Positions 10,026 to 20,712 are shown, counted from the first letter of the stretch. The stretch is 64,000 nt of DNA from Candidatus Micrarchaeota archaeon (GCA_020854835.1 JAHKLX010000007.1:36044-100043), one strand, 5' to 3'. Translations and numbers: made by a program. Notes: a model not told the origin generated them from the sequence alone.

Positions 10026-11600
10026 ATGGGATGGTTAAAAATACGAGATATATCTAATATTACTCTCGCAAGAAGAAATATTCTAGTTAGACCTCCTGAA
10101 CCCCCTCCAGAAATGCTCTGGTCCGATCCCAGTAATTCCATATTCACTGGAAAAACTAAAATATTTAACATACCCTTTTATTGGAATTATAATGAATTAA
10201 CAAATCCTCATCTGGCAATAGTCGGAATAACAGGTTCAGGTAAATCATATTTCATTAAAACTTTTTTAACCCGTGCAGCTTTGGTTTGGGACAGCAATGC
10301 ATTTATTATTGACTGGGCAGGAGAATACCGAGAATGGGTTAAATCTGCAGGAGGAACAGTTATCTCACTTGGAAAAGGATCTTATATTAATTTGTTGGAT
10401 ACTGGAGGAATGACTCCAAATAATAGAATCAAACAAATAATAAGAACTCTTGAAATATTGACAGATATAAATCAATATCCTGAACAAAAAAGATTAACTG
10501 AATTGGCAATAGAAGAAGCTTATAAAAAAGCTAATTTCAAAATGGATTCTATAGTTCAAAAAGACAGTTCTGGAACTGAATTGATTGCCCCAACATTGAA
10601 AGATGTTGTTGAAAATTTAGAAAAAACTTACAAAAGGGGAGGATATGAATATCCTGCCGAACTGCAAAATTCTATTTACAGATTGAAACAATACACAAAA
10701 ACAGGTCAAGATTTTTTTGCACAACAAAGCACTCTTGATTTAGATAAATTAACAAATTCGGGTTTAGTATCACTGGATTTGTCAGGTTTGCCAGATGAAA
10801 TATTTAGAGCGTTGGCTGCCCTTTCAATGCTCCAATTCATTAAAGAAAAAATGAGGGCAGCAGGCTGGAAAAAGAGAAAAGGAATTCAACTATTTGTTGT
10901 GTTGGATGAAGCTTGGAAAATTGCAGGAGATGAAAACAGTGATGCAGTTATGATAGTTAGAGAAGGTCGTAAATATAATTTTAGTTTGATTGTTGCGAGC
11001 CAGAACCCAACAGATATTAATGAGGCAATATTTTCAAACGTAGGAACCACATTCGTATTTAAAGTTAAATTTGAAAGATATTTGAATTATATACAAGGAA
11101 CTTTAAACTTCAGTGATTTCATTCGAGAAGAAATTTCAAAATTGGGTGTTGGACAATGCGCAGTCAATATGGCTTTTACCACGAGTGCGAATTATCCATC
11201 AACTTTTCTAGTTCAGAAAATTGAAGGTGAAGAACCTTTGGTAGAATACTTCCTTGATGTTGGCAGTGTGCTCACTGAGGAAGAAAGGAGGGATGTAAGA
11301 GTGGCAAGAAGTGTAGCAATTGAAAGAGAAGAGATGAGGAAGAGGCTTAGAATGTATGGTCTCAATGAATCTCAGCTTGAAGAAATTTCATCTCTTTTTG
11401 ATAAGAAAAATAAACATATTGACATAGTTTCATTTGTAATTCTTTTACAGAGATATGGATTAGCACGAAACAAAATAACAGCATTGTTAAAAGATTTTGG
11501 TGTTGCAGATTCAACAATCATCAACATCTTTATTAAAGCTGACTTTAAAGTTCATTCGGCGACAAGCCAGGATATTATGGATATTATTTTAGAGGAATAG
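10026..11600 (+). CDS. VirB4/HerA/FtsK-superfamily ATPase (DUF87-like)
   Basis: NPHLAIVGITGSGKS Walker A, IIDWAGEY, VVLDEAW Walker B, REGRKY..LIVASQNP. Confidence 0.9.
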   Translation: MGWLKIRDISNITLARRNILVRPPEPPPEMLWSDPSNSIFTGKTKIFNIPFYWNYNELTNPHLAIVGITGSGKSYFIKTFLTRAALVWDSNAFIIDWAGEYREWVKSAGGTVISLGKGSYINLLDTGGMTPNNRIKQIIRTLEILTDINQYPEQKRLTELAIEEAYKKANFKMDSIVQKDSSGTELIAPTLKDVVENLEKTYKRGGYEYPAELQNSIYRLKQYTKTGQDFFAQQSTLDLDKLTNSGLVSLDLSGLPDEIFRALAALSMLQFIKEKMRAAGWKKRKGIQLFVVLDEAWKIAGDENSDAVMIVREGRKYNFSLIVASQNPTDINEAIFSNVGTTFVFKVKFERYLNYIQGTLNFSDFIREEISKLGVGQCAVNMAFTTSANYPSTFLVQKIEGEEPLVEYFLDVGSVLTEEERRDVRVARSVAIEREEMRKRLRMYGLNESQLEEISSLFDKKNKHIDIVSFVILLQRYGLARNKITALLKDFGVADSTIINIFIKADFKVHSATSQDIMDIILEE

Positions 11601-12143
11601 GTGGTTCATATGGATTTGTTTAAATTGTTTAAAGGAAAAGAAAAAAAAGAAAAGACATTTGAAAATTTTGATGTTAAAAATTCAAATGTTTGTATGGAAT
11701 GTGGAAAAATAGTTATTCCATCTAAAGCTGTACCAGTAAAGGATGACTTTGTGTTGAATGTTATCAAATCCATAAAACAAAAAACAAAAACAATAAAAAA
11801 CAACAAATTATTTATATGTCCAAGTTGCTGGCCAGAATATGAAAAAAACAGAAAAAGATTTGTAAATGGAGTATTTTTCTGGAGTGTTTTGCTAGGGGTT
11901 TTTTTAGTAGTGTTATTGGTAACTCCTTTGTTAACTCAGAATTCATATCCGCTACTTAATGTTGTTTTTCTGTTGTTGGGAATTTTTGCATTTTGGGTGC
12001 TTTTAATGATCATGCAAATTTATTCTTCATATAGGCCCGGAACTGAATTTGATATTAAAAACCTTAAAGAATACACTCCTAGCAAGAAAAAAAATATTGT
12101 GGCAAAAGCTAAAAAATCAAAGAAAAAGAGGGTGAAAAAATGA
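11601..12143 (+). CDS. Zinc-binding membrane protein
   Basis: CMECG...CPSC pair, two TM helices, basic tail. Confidence 0.7.
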   Translation: MVHMDLFKLFKGKEKKEKTFENFDVKNSNVCMECGKIVIPSKAVPVKDDFVLNVIKSIKQKTKTIKNNKLFICPSCWPEYEKNRKRFVNGVFFWSVLLGVFLVVLLVTPLLTQNSYPLLNVVFLLLGIFAFWVLLMIMQIYSSYRPGTEFDIKNLKEYTPSKKKNIVAKAKKSKKKRVKK

Positions 12144-12916
12144 GTGGTCTGCCATTCCCAGGAAAACCTCAGCAAAAACAAGATAAAAAAAAGGTTAAAG
12201 ATGAAGTTAAAGAACCCCTTGTAGAGGGGTTTGAAATACCTGGAAAAAGATTGGGTTCCTCACAAGATATATTGCAGTCTTTATCACAAGTCTCATACAT
12301 TCAAACAATTGTTGATAAAGAAGATTATGTGATATTGAACGTTGAAAGCAGAGACCTAACCAATAAACCATATCTATTTTCAATAATTCACTTAAAACCA
12401 GATACTATTCAGGTTCTTTACACTGTAACCCCTGGAATGAGTCCTAGGAAAAGAAGAGTAGATATATTAAGATATTTTTTTACGGTTTTATCCATGGTTA
12501 GTGAATATTACGAAATCAGAATGGCAGTGGTTTATCAGCTTTTTGAAGATTCTATAGATAAAATTAGTGAATATGTGACGTTAGATTATGAAGAAATGTA
12601 CGCCAGATATGACTCCATAAAATCAGAAAATGAAAGATTGAAATCAGACATTGCAAAAATAAGTGAAACTAGCCGAGAAATATCAAAAGAAAATTACGAT
12701 CTTAAAACTAAAATTGACGATCTTAAAATAAAGCTCGATAGGTTGAGCAAACACAGTGACGATTCACTTAAAGTAAGATTAATGGAATGGATAAATGAGC
12801 ATCAGGGAGAAATAAATGTTCCTGAAGTTGCAAGAATGTATTCAGTGCCTGATGCAAAAATAGAAGAACTCCTTAATGAATTAATGAGAGAAGGATATTT
12901 GAAATCTATAAGTTAA
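12140..12916 (+). CDS. Coiled-coil protein with C-terminal winged-helix-like domain
   Basis: Heptad region followed by GEINVPEVARMYSVPDAKIEELLNELMREGYL. Confidence 0.7.
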   Translation: MSGLPFPGKPQQKQDKKKVKDEVKEPLVEGFEIPGKRLGSSQDILQSLSQVSYIQTIVDKEDYVILNVESRDLTNKPYLFSIIHLKPDTIQVLYTVTPGMSPRKRRVDILRYFFTVLSMVSEYYEIRMAVVYQLFEDSIDKISEYVTLDYEEMYARYDSIKSENERLKSDIAKISETSREISKENYDLKTKIDDLKIKLDRLSKHSDDSLKVRLMEWINEHQGEINVPEVARMYSVPDAKIEELLNELMREGYLKSIS

Positions 12917-12930
12917 CTGAGGGATAATAA

Positions 12931-15321
12931 TTGAAAATAAAAATCAAAAAACAAACATATAAATTTCAGATGAAAAAACCTTTTAGTTATCGTAAAAGAT
13001 TTACAAAAATTAAAGATTTTGTTAAAACTCCGATGGAGATTATAAAAGAAAAGATATCTGGAATAACTCCAAAAACGATTGTGATGTCAGGCATATTCCA
13101 GATACTTGTTTTGTTGATCGGATTTATATATATTGTCATAGGTGCAGCACCTTTTTTTACACCTTCCGAAACATTGTCCTCAAGCTCACCACCCTATTCA
13201 CTCGAGCAGTGGATAGGCCATGAAAAAATAATTAATGATTTAACCTATATGGAAACTATTTCATATCTTGGAAGTTCAAATGATATCAAACATACTTTTG
13301 CTTTGTATGGTCCTAGCAACTATACAATACGGACATCGAAAAATGGGGTCCCTTCAGTTATCTATTTTTTAGAAGTTCCTAATCAGAGATATTCATCTGG
13401 GATGCTTTCTGGAAAAGACTTATTCAAAGAATTACTAAAAGTCAAATTAAAAAACAATGGATACACCCTCATATCAATCGGTATCGAGGATATGCAAAGA
13501 TTAAAAAACGATGATGTAGTCGTCGCACCCACAGGATATTTTCCTGTTGAGTTCGCAAATAATTTAAAAACTACTATGATATTTATTGGTTCTGATATAA
13601 GGGGAGTAGATATTGATATTGAAGAAAAAGGCGCCCAGAGTGGAATAAGATCATCTAAATTAAACATATATAATGCCAGATATCTGATACGATCACCAAC
13701 AAAAAAAACATATGGGGATGTTATCGATATGTTTGAATATGATGAAGGCAAAATTGTTACAGTTCCGGGAGAATTTGAAAACGGAAGAAATTGGAATTCA
13801 ATTGATGATGCAGTTGACGATGTTGTTAAAATAATTACAGAATCACCTTGGGATGAAGTGTATGGAAATAGATATATAACTGAGGGAGTGTTGGGATTTG
13901 GCTCGGAATTTAGTGGTGACGAAGCTTATTTTTTAATTAAAAATGACGAAGGAAAGATTATAAGCTCGGGAAAAGGAGTAAGTAAAAATAGTTTGAGAGT
14001 GTATACGGCTACAAAAAACATCCCGCCCTATGGAATACATCGAAGCAGAGATGAGATATTTATTAAACCTGAAAAAATGTTTTTATCGAATGAAGAAGTT
14101 GGGAGGTATAGGGGAGAAGTTTATACTGCTCCACCTGTTGAATCCTCGCCAGTAAAAATTGCATCGATAACTACTTCAGAAATTGTTGTGGAAAACCGAA
14201 GAGAACCCTTTTTCGGACCAGGGAATTATTTGTTGGTAATATCAGATGGCCCAGTAACTGCGGGCAAGATTGGCACAATACACGGATTTACGGTTGTCGA
14301 ACCAATTATAAGCATCAACCCCAATCCTGAAACAAATACCCATATAATAACTATAGCGTGCGGAGATAGATGTGATGTTTTTGATTATGATTCAGTTGTT
14401 GTTTATATAGATGAAAAACAAGTTGGAAAATTCCAGAACAATGAAAAAACAATAACCTTGAGAGATCTTAAAATAAATCCTGAAAATCATGTGTTGACAT
14501 TAGGATTTGTTAGAGCAGATGGGAGAGAATATAGAGTTTCCAAAGAATTTTATGTTCAAAGTGTTGGACTCGACCAGTATCTAAATAATCCGATATATCT
14601 CGTTGTTGGATCAATTTTGGTGATTGTAGTTGCAGCTGCAATACAACTCAGAAGAAAGGATAAAATTGTTTATAATTTAGATATTCCTGATTTCCCACCC
14701 CTTTCTAGAATAACTGTACCATTGAAAAAAAGTACAGTAATTTCTTTGTTTGACAAGATAAACAAAGAATATGGTTGGCATTATTTGCCAATATCAAGCG
14801 AGGAATTCCAAAGTGCATTGATGAGGCTTTCTTATAGGGGAAGACCAATAAGCGCCAGCATAAATAATATTGAAAGAATATTGGATTTGTTGTGTTCAGA
14901 GGGTTATGCAAAAGTGTATAATGAGTATTACGGACTAAGCAGATGGGAAGAAGAATTAGGTATAAGTATTAAACACCTATCAATATTAAGAAAACTAAGA
15001 GATTTGTTTATAAACAATGTTCTGAGATTCGAGCCTTTTGGAACAATAAAACATTCTGATACAAAAATATACATATCTGGAAATGAATATTATGTTATTT
15101 TATTCAAAAATGCCAAAGACACCATACTGAATTCTATTGGTCCCCTATCTGAAGAAAATGTGATTATAATATTTGAAAGTACATATCAAAAAGATGAATT
15201 TCTTGAAACGCTTTATTCCAAAGACAATGAAGTTTTGGCATTCAAATTAGAATTGAATTCGCATAGAATAAAAACTTTCACAATTGAAGAGTTTGAGAGC
15301 TTTGTTAAAAGTGAGAAATAG
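12931..15321 (+). CDS. Large membrane protein (2 TM, big extracellular region, ~220-aa cytoplasmic tail)
   Basis: Hydrophobic segments near residues 55-75 and 555-573; last gene of the five-gene run. Confidence 0.7.
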   Translation: MKIKIKKQTYKFQMKKPFSYRKRFTKIKDFVKTPMEIIKEKISGITPKTIVMSGIFQILVLLIGFIYIVIGAAPFFTPSETLSSSSPPYSLEQWIGHEKIINDLTYMETISYLGSSNDIKHTFALYGPSNYTIRTSKNGVPSVIYFLEVPNQRYSSGMLSGKDLFKELLKVKLKNNGYTLISIGIEDMQRLKNDDVVVAPTGYFPVEFANNLKTTMIFIGSDIRGVDIDIEEKGAQSGIRSSKLNIYNARYLIRSPTKKTYGDVIDMFEYDEGKIVTVPGEFENGRNWNSIDDAVDDVVKIITESPWDEVYGNRYITEGVLGFGSEFSGDEAYFLIKNDEGKIISSGKGVSKNSLRVYTATKNIPPYGIHRSRDEIFIKPEKMFLSNEEVGRYRGEVYTAPPVESSPVKIASITTSEIVVENRREPFFGPGNYLLVISDGPVTAGKIGTIHGFTVVEPIISINPNPETNTHIITIACGDRCDVFDYDSVVVYIDEKQVGKFQNNEKTITLRDLKINPENHVLTLGFVRADGREYRVSKEFYVQSVGLDQYLNNPIYLVVGSILVIVVAAAIQLRRKDKIVYNLDIPDFPPLSRITVPLKKSTVISLFDKINKEYGWHYLPISSEEFQSALMRLSYRGRPISASINNIERILDLLCSEGYAKVYNEYYGLSRWEEELGISIKHLSILRKLRDLFINNVLRFEPFGTIKHSDTKIYISGNEYYVILFKNAKDTILNSIGPLSEENVIIIFESTYQKDEFLETLYSKDNEVLAFKLELNSHRIKTFTIEEFESFVKSEK

Positions 15322-15322
15322 A

Positions 15323-15901
15323 TTATAGTTTTGAAACATTCTCAGTAAATATATCTAGACGTTTAAAAATTCTGTTTAAAAGAATGTTTGAAGATTCAAC
15401 AACATATCTTCCATATTTTTCATCTATTAAAATTTCATTTTGATCAACTACTGGAACTGATATTCCTTCTGTCCCAAATATTTCTAAAAAAGGGTATTCT
15501 TTGAAATAAAAAATACCTCCCCTTTTAATACCTGATTTTCTAGTTATTTCTAAAAACTTTTGTGCACTTTCCAAATCTTTTGCGTAAATATGGAAAATGA
15601 ATGGCTCTGCACGAAACCACAATTTTTCAGATTTGTCATAATCTTGAATTGCTTTCCACACCTCATTGAAATCAACTGTTCTGTGCCATTTATGATAAAA
15701 AGAAGAATCTTTTTTTCCTTTGTTGAATTTCAGCAACATTATTCTTCCAGAACAAGAAGATGTGGTCACGTAATTAGGTTTGGAATTCACCTCATTGATC
15801 AAAGGTATGGCTTTTTCATCAACCAAACCTGCATCAAAAGCTTTTTTATAAGCATTTAGCTTATTTTGCTTTAATAATTCCCAGGGCACCATTAAAATCA
15901 A
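15323..15901 (-). CDS. taw3: tRNA wyosine methyltransferase Taw3/Tyw3
   Basis: VDEKAIPLINEVN...TTSSCSGRI...KWH signature. Confidence 0.92.
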   Translation of the reverse strand: MILMVPWELLKQNKLNAYKKAFDAGLVDEKAIPLINEVNSKPNYVTTSSCSGRIMLLKFNKGKKDSSFYHKWHRTVDFNEVWKAIQDYDKSEKLWFRAEPFIFHIYAKDLESAQKFLEITRKSGIKRGGIFYFKEYPFLEIFGTEGISVPVVDQNEILIDEKYGRYVVESSNILLNRIFKRLDIFTENVSKL

Positions 15902-15995
15902 CCAACATCTAAAAGCTGTTTTAGTAACCTATCCAAAATCAATAGTTTAAAGTAATTATAACAAAAACTTATAAACTTAATCGCAATAATTTAAA

Positions 15996-16814
15996 TTGGT
16001 GAATTTGATGGAAAAAAAAACAATTTTTATAATATTGTTCATTTTGGTTAGTTTTGTTTATCCTGCTAACACTATTGAAGTGATTGCCCCAATGGAAACC
16101 ACAGTTTCTGAAGGGGATATGTTGTATCTGGGCACAATAGGTCCTGGTCAAACAATTTATGTAGATTTTGATCCAAAAGTCGACGGTGGAAGAGCTTGGT
16201 GGGATTTTGCCAAAGTTACTGGTTTACCAGAGGGGTGGAATGCTCGTGAAAGCAAATTATACGAAGACCCTCTCCATGTTAGAATAACTACATCAAAACA
16301 CGCTCAAGAAGGAGATTATACTTTTAAAATAACAATTGAAGATGAGGGTGATGTGAGCGAATTAGGAACGATAACAATAACATGTAAAGTTACTATCAAA
16401 CACGACATAATGGATATGGAAGTTACACCAACAAAAAAAAGTGTTGGTGCAGGCCAACCAGCAAGATTTGATATAACTATAAAAAATTTAGGAAACACCG
16501 AAGATGAGTTTGTTGTTAGATCAGAAGGAATAAAGGAATGGGCTTTTAGAAAAAATGTGTATATCCCTGCTCAAAGCGAAAAAACAATTGTTTATGAAAT
16601 TGTGAGATATGAGGAAGAAAATTCAGAGGTTAAAATAATTGCAGAATCCTATAATTCTCCAGAGATAATAAAAGAAGAAACAACTGTTTTTGTGGAGTTT
16701 AAACCTGATTTGATATCAGATATGAAAGCCACTAACAATGGACTTATTTTGTTTCCAATAATCAACACTCCGATGCACGCATTATTAGGACTTTTCTCAA
16801 ACTTGTTTCAATAG
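15996..16814 (+). CDS. Secreted/surface protein with Ig-like (NEW3/CARDB-like) domains
   Basis: Signal peptide, LPEGW...A.EGDYTFKITI and ITIKNLGNTED motifs, hydrophobic C-tail. Confidence 0.65.
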   Translation: MVNLMEKKTIFIILFILVSFVYPANTIEVIAPMETTVSEGDMLYLGTIGPGQTIYVDFDPKVDGGRAWWDFAKVTGLPEGWNARESKLYEDPLHVRITTSKHAQEGDYTFKITIEDEGDVSELGTITITCKVTIKHDIMDMEVTPTKKSVGAGQPARFDITIKNLGNTEDEFVVRSEGIKEWAFRKNVYIPAQSEKTIVYEIVRYEEENSEVKIIAESYNSPEIIKEETTVFVEFKPDLISDMKATNNGLILFPIINTPMHALLGLFSNLFQ

Positions 16815-16817
16815 ATA

Positions 16818-18407
16818 GTGATTAACTTGGATAAAATTGCTAGAGAGATAGCTGATAAATTAATAGAAGAGTATGATAAAAATAAATTCAAAGGTTATAC
16901 TCCAAAAGAAATTCTAAAAATTGTTGATAAACTGAAAAAAGAAGTCGCTGGAAAATACGGAGTACAGGTGGTAAAAAACTCTCAGATTAGTAAACATATT
17001 GAAAACAAAAATTTGAAAAGACATCTTATAAAAGTTCCATCAAGAACCATATCTGGAGTGACGCCTGTTGCAATTATGAGTGTCAGCAGTTGTCCACATG
17101 GAAAATGTTTATACTGCCCGAAAGGAAAATGCGCACCACAAAGTTATACTGGTGAAGAACCTGCAAGTCTAAGAGCAAGACAAAATATGTTTGACCCCTA
17201 TATGCAGGTTAAAGCAAGACTTCGCCAGTATAAAGAAATAGGTCACCCCACTGATAAAATTGAATTGATTGTTATGGGGGGAACTTTTTTAGCTCAAAAT
17301 TCTAGATACAAAAAAGAGTTTATTTTGAAATTATATGAGGCATTAAACGGGACAAGATGTGAAACTTTAGAAGATGCCAAAAAAATAAATGAGACTGCGC
17401 TACATAGAGTAGTTGGGTTAACTATTGAAACAAGACCTGATTGGTCCAAAAAAACACATATAAACGAAATGCTCAATTATGGCTCAACTAGAGTTGAACT
17501 TGGAGTCCAGACATTAAGTGATTCGGTTTATAAAAAAGTTAAACGTGGACATGAAATTAAAGATGTTGTTGAATCAACACAACTTCTTAAAGATTCGGCT
17601 TTTAAAATTGTTTATCATATGATGCCAGGACTTTTTTGCTCTCCTGAAGAAGATATTCAGCATATTAAATCATTATTTGTTGACCCAAATTTTCAACCCG
17701 ACATGCTGAAAATTTATCCGACTTTGGTTTTGAAAAACACAGAATTGTATGATATGTGGGAAAGGGGAGAATACAAACCTTATGATTCTGAAAATGCTGC
17801 AGAAGTAATATCTGAAGCCTTGAGATATGTTCCAAAATATGTAAGAGTAATGAGAATCCAGAGAGATATACCTTCACCTTTAGTCGTGGCAGGAGTTAAA
17901 CACTCAAATTTGAGGCAAATTGTTGAACAAAAAATGAAGGAAAAAAATATACAATTAAAAGAGATTAGATCGCGAGAGATCGGAGTTGCAGTTAACACTT
18001 ATAAACGAAAACTAGAGTTATCAAAACTAGAACAAACTATTACTGAATATAAGGCAAGTAATGGAAAAGAGTATTTTATTGCATATGAAGATTTGGATGA
18101 TGATGTTATTCTTGGTTTTGTTAGATTGAGAATTCCCTACGCACCTTTTAGACCTGAAATTGATAAACAAACTGGTTTAATTAGAGAACTTCATGTATAT
18201 GGCTCTGAAGTAGGAATTGGGGGATTGCCTGAAAGTTTCCAAACCCAACACCGAGGCCTTGGAAAAAATTTGCTTGAAAAAGCTGAAGAAATTGCCAAAC
18301 AAAATGGCATGGAAAAAATGATTGTTATAGCAGGTTCAGGAGTGAGGCCATATTACTATAAACAAGGTTATTCATTAAATAAAAATTATGTTGGCAAAAA
18401 AATATAA
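16818..18407 (+). CDS. elp3: Elp3 tRNA uridine(34) acetyltransferase (radical SAM + GNAT)
   Basis: CPHGKCLYCP, TIETRPD, RELHVYG, QHRGLGK. Confidence 0.97.
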   Translation: MINLDKIAREIADKLIEEYDKNKFKGYTPKEILKIVDKLKKEVAGKYGVQVVKNSQISKHIENKNLKRHLIKVPSRTISGVTPVAIMSVSSCPHGKCLYCPKGKCAPQSYTGEEPASLRARQNMFDPYMQVKARLRQYKEIGHPTDKIELIVMGGTFLAQNSRYKKEFILKLYEALNGTRCETLEDAKKINETALHRVVGLTIETRPDWSKKTHINEMLNYGSTRVELGVQTLSDSVYKKVKRGHEIKDVVESTQLLKDSAFKIVYHMMPGLFCSPEEDIQHIKSLFVDPNFQPDMLKIYPTLVLKNTELYDMWERGEYKPYDSENAAEVISEALRYVPKYVRVMRIQRDIPSPLVVAGVKHSNLRQIVEQKMKEKNIQLKEIRSREIGVAVNTYKRKLELSKLEQTITEYKASNGKEYFIAYEDLDDDVILGFVRLRIPYAPFRPEIDKQTGLIRELHVYGSEVGIGGLPESFQTQHRGLGKNLLEKAEEIAKQNGMEKMIVIAGSGVRPYYYKQGYSLNKNYVGKKI

Positions 18408-18415
18408 GTGATGTT

Positions 18416-18955
18416 ATGGAACATGAGATTCGAGCAGTTTTAACAAAAGAAAAATATGATGAGTTAAACAAACTGTTTAATGATAAGTACAATAAAATAT
18501 TGGATGATAAAAGCATAACTGAAAAATTTAGAATGGATGCTGTTGGAAAAGATATTCGTATTAGATATTCAGAAAATATAAGCGAAATGGTTATCAAAAG
18601 CAATGATCCTACTAATGTATCAAGACTTGAAACCAGCATTTATCTTAAGTCTGCCGAGGACTGTAAAAAAATGATTGAATTCTTGGGAGAAGCAGGATTG
18701 AAACAAGATCCTCCTTGGCTGAAAACTAAACAAGAATTTGAAATGATATATAATGGGAAAAAATATGTTCTTTCACTCCAACATATTGAGAAATTTGCTT
18801 ATATTCTAGAAGTGGAATTGCAGACAGAAAACTTTACAGAGGAACACCTATATGAAATGAATCAAATTCTCAGAATGTTTGGGTGCTCGAGAGTGGATGC
18901 AAATTTATTTAAAAAAATGATAAAAGAGTATATTAATACTCATCAAAAATCTTAG
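18416..18955 (+). CDS. CYTH-domain protein
   Basis: N-terminal EHEIR (ExExK-like), IRIR, LEVE motifs. Confidence 0.75.
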   Translation: MEHEIRAVLTKEKYDELNKLFNDKYNKILDDKSITEKFRMDAVGKDIRIRYSENISEMVIKSNDPTNVSRLETSIYLKSAEDCKKMIEFLGEAGLKQDPPWLKTKQEFEMIYNGKKYVLSLQHIEKFAYILEVELQTENFTEEHLYEMNQILRMFGCSRVDANLFKKMIKEYINTHQKS

Positions 18956-20207
18956 GCCCTTTTGAATTGTAACCCAATATTTCTAATTCTTTTGAGAATT
19001 CTTCTGTGTTCTCTCCATGAACAACAAAAATATTTTCAGGTTTGATTAGACGGTATAATTTAATTAAATCGGTTTTATCAGGATGTGCTGAAAAAGAATG
19101 CTGCCTTATACTTGCAGAAACTTTAGTTTCAATTCCATCAACAGTTATTGTTTCGCTACCATCAATTAATTTCCTACCATTTGAACCTTCAACACAATAT
19201 CCAGTAAATATAATTGTGTCTTGAGAAAACAAACGATTTGCATACCAAAGAAAAGGTCCCCCTTCACCCATTCCTGCAGTTGTTATTATAATGTTGTTAC
19301 CCGATATTGCCTTTTTACGGTTAGGTCCTGTAGCAATTTGAGAAGCTTGTTTTAAATTTTGAAAAAGATTTTCTGATTTTTTAACGTCACAAGAATTAAA
19401 TGAAAGCTTTGTTGCTTTTATACCCATGCCATCAACATAAATTTTTTGTTTGTTTGGGAAATGTTTTAGTAAAACTCTAAGTATCTCTGCTGTTCTCTCA
19501 ATTGCAAAGGAAGGTAAAACCACACAACCCGTTTCCAATCCTGCTTTAACACTTTCAATAAATTTTCGCTCCAGAGTGTCCCGAGATTGGTGAAATGCGT
19601 TTGAATAAGTTGATTCAGTGATTAAATGTGAAATGGGTATGTCTATATTTTGAAATGCTGACAAATCAGCAGGTTCCATTAATAATCTATTTTCATTCAA
19701 ACAAAAATCTCCAGTGTATATTATTCTTTCATCTTGGAATCTAATATCAACCATCGCAGATCCAGGGATATGTCCTGCTGAAAAAAATGAAAAAGTTGTT
19801 TCTCCTATTCGAATAGTTTTGTTTAGAGAAATTGGCATTAAATTATCCTTAACAATATCAACAATTGGCTGTATCATACACTCGGAACCTCCAATTTTAA
19901 CAGAATCATCAAGAAGAAGAGTCGTTAATTTTTTAGTTGTTAGAGTCGAGTATATGGGAATGTCCAGGGCATTCGAAGTTTTGCTGAAAAGATACGGCAG
20001 TCCGCCAACGTGATCTAAATGTGCATGAGACAATATAACTGCATCAACTTTTTCATCAGGAACTTCAGGAAATATAAGCTGTCTCTCGCCTGGAATTTGT
20101 TTGGCCCCAAAATCCAACAAAATATTTCTATCAGTTTTGACTAGTATTGCATTTCTGCCAACCTCGCCAGTCCCCCCGTAGAATTTAATTTTTGTTTTTA
20201 GTGTCAT
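18933..20207 (-). CDS. Beta-CASP metallo-beta-lactamase ribonuclease
   Basis: GGTGEVGRN, SHAHLDH, AGHIPGS, YTGD, ESTY, FSAH, VHGE. Confidence 0.92.
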   Translation of the reverse strand: MTLKTKIKFYGGTGEVGRNAILVKTDRNILLDFGAKQIPGERQLIFPEVPDEKVDAVILSHAHLDHVGGLPYLFSKTSNALDIPIYSTLTTKKLTTLLLDDSVKIGGSECMIQPIVDIVKDNLMPISLNKTIRIGETTFSFFSAGHIPGSAMVDIRFQDERIIYTGDFCLNENRLLMEPADLSAFQNIDIPISHLITESTYSNAFHQSRDTLERKFIESVKAGLETGCVVLPSFAIERTAEILRVLLKHFPNKQKIYVDGMGIKATKLSFNSCDVKKSENLFQNLKQASQIATGPNRKKAISGNNIIITTAGMGEGGPFLWYANRLFSQDTIIFTGYCVEGSNGRKLIDGSETITVDGIETKVSASIRQHSFSAHPDKTDLIKLYRLIKPENIFVVHGENTEEFSKELEILGYNSKGPKIFDEY

Positions 20208-20310
20208 AATATAATTAAATATGGAGATTGGTTTTTAAAGGTAGTCTATTTGAACTTTAACGAATGCTTTTTATATTTAACTTCTCCAATACTTAATAGG
20301 TGATTAACAT

Positions 20311-20703
20311 ATGTTAAAAAAAATAAGTTTAGTTGTTGTAGTTATGATGCTCATGTTTTATGGGCTTGCGTTTGCTCAAGATGTTTTGGCACAAACATTA
20401 GTGGGCCTATGCGATGATTTGATGGGTTTGGTAGGGCCCTTAGCATATTTATTAGTTGTTTTCGCTGCATTGGTTTATTTGGCAGGCCAATTTGGTGATG
20501 CCCAAATGAGAGCTAAAAGCAGTGTTTGGGCACAGTCTTGTATATTTGGTGCAATTATAGGTTGGGCAATAATCACAATAATTCCTTATATTTTAGCTGC
20601 CTTGTTAAAAGCAAGCGGAGTTAGTATGGGAACTGCCTGTTCAGGGATTGGTACTGCCGGACGCCCTTGTAGTGATATAATACAAAATCAATTCTGTAAT
20701 TAA
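20311..20703 (+). CDS. VirB2/TrbC-like pilin
   Basis: Sec-type signal ending AFA, two hydrophobic helices separated by GDAQMRAKS; no class III signal peptide. Confidence 0.65.
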   Translation: MLKKISLVVVVMMLMFYGLAFAQDVLAQTLVGLCDDLMGLVGPLAYLLVVFAALVYLAGQFGDAQMRAKSSVWAQSCIFGAIIGWAIITIIPYILAALLKASGVSMGTACSGIGTAGRPCSDIIQNQFCN

Positions 20704-20712
20704 GGTGATTAA

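Noticed and set aside
10026-11600. DNA-repair HerA helicase
   Set aside because: No N-terminal HAS barrel and no nurA/mre11/rad50 neighbours; the context is membrane proteins
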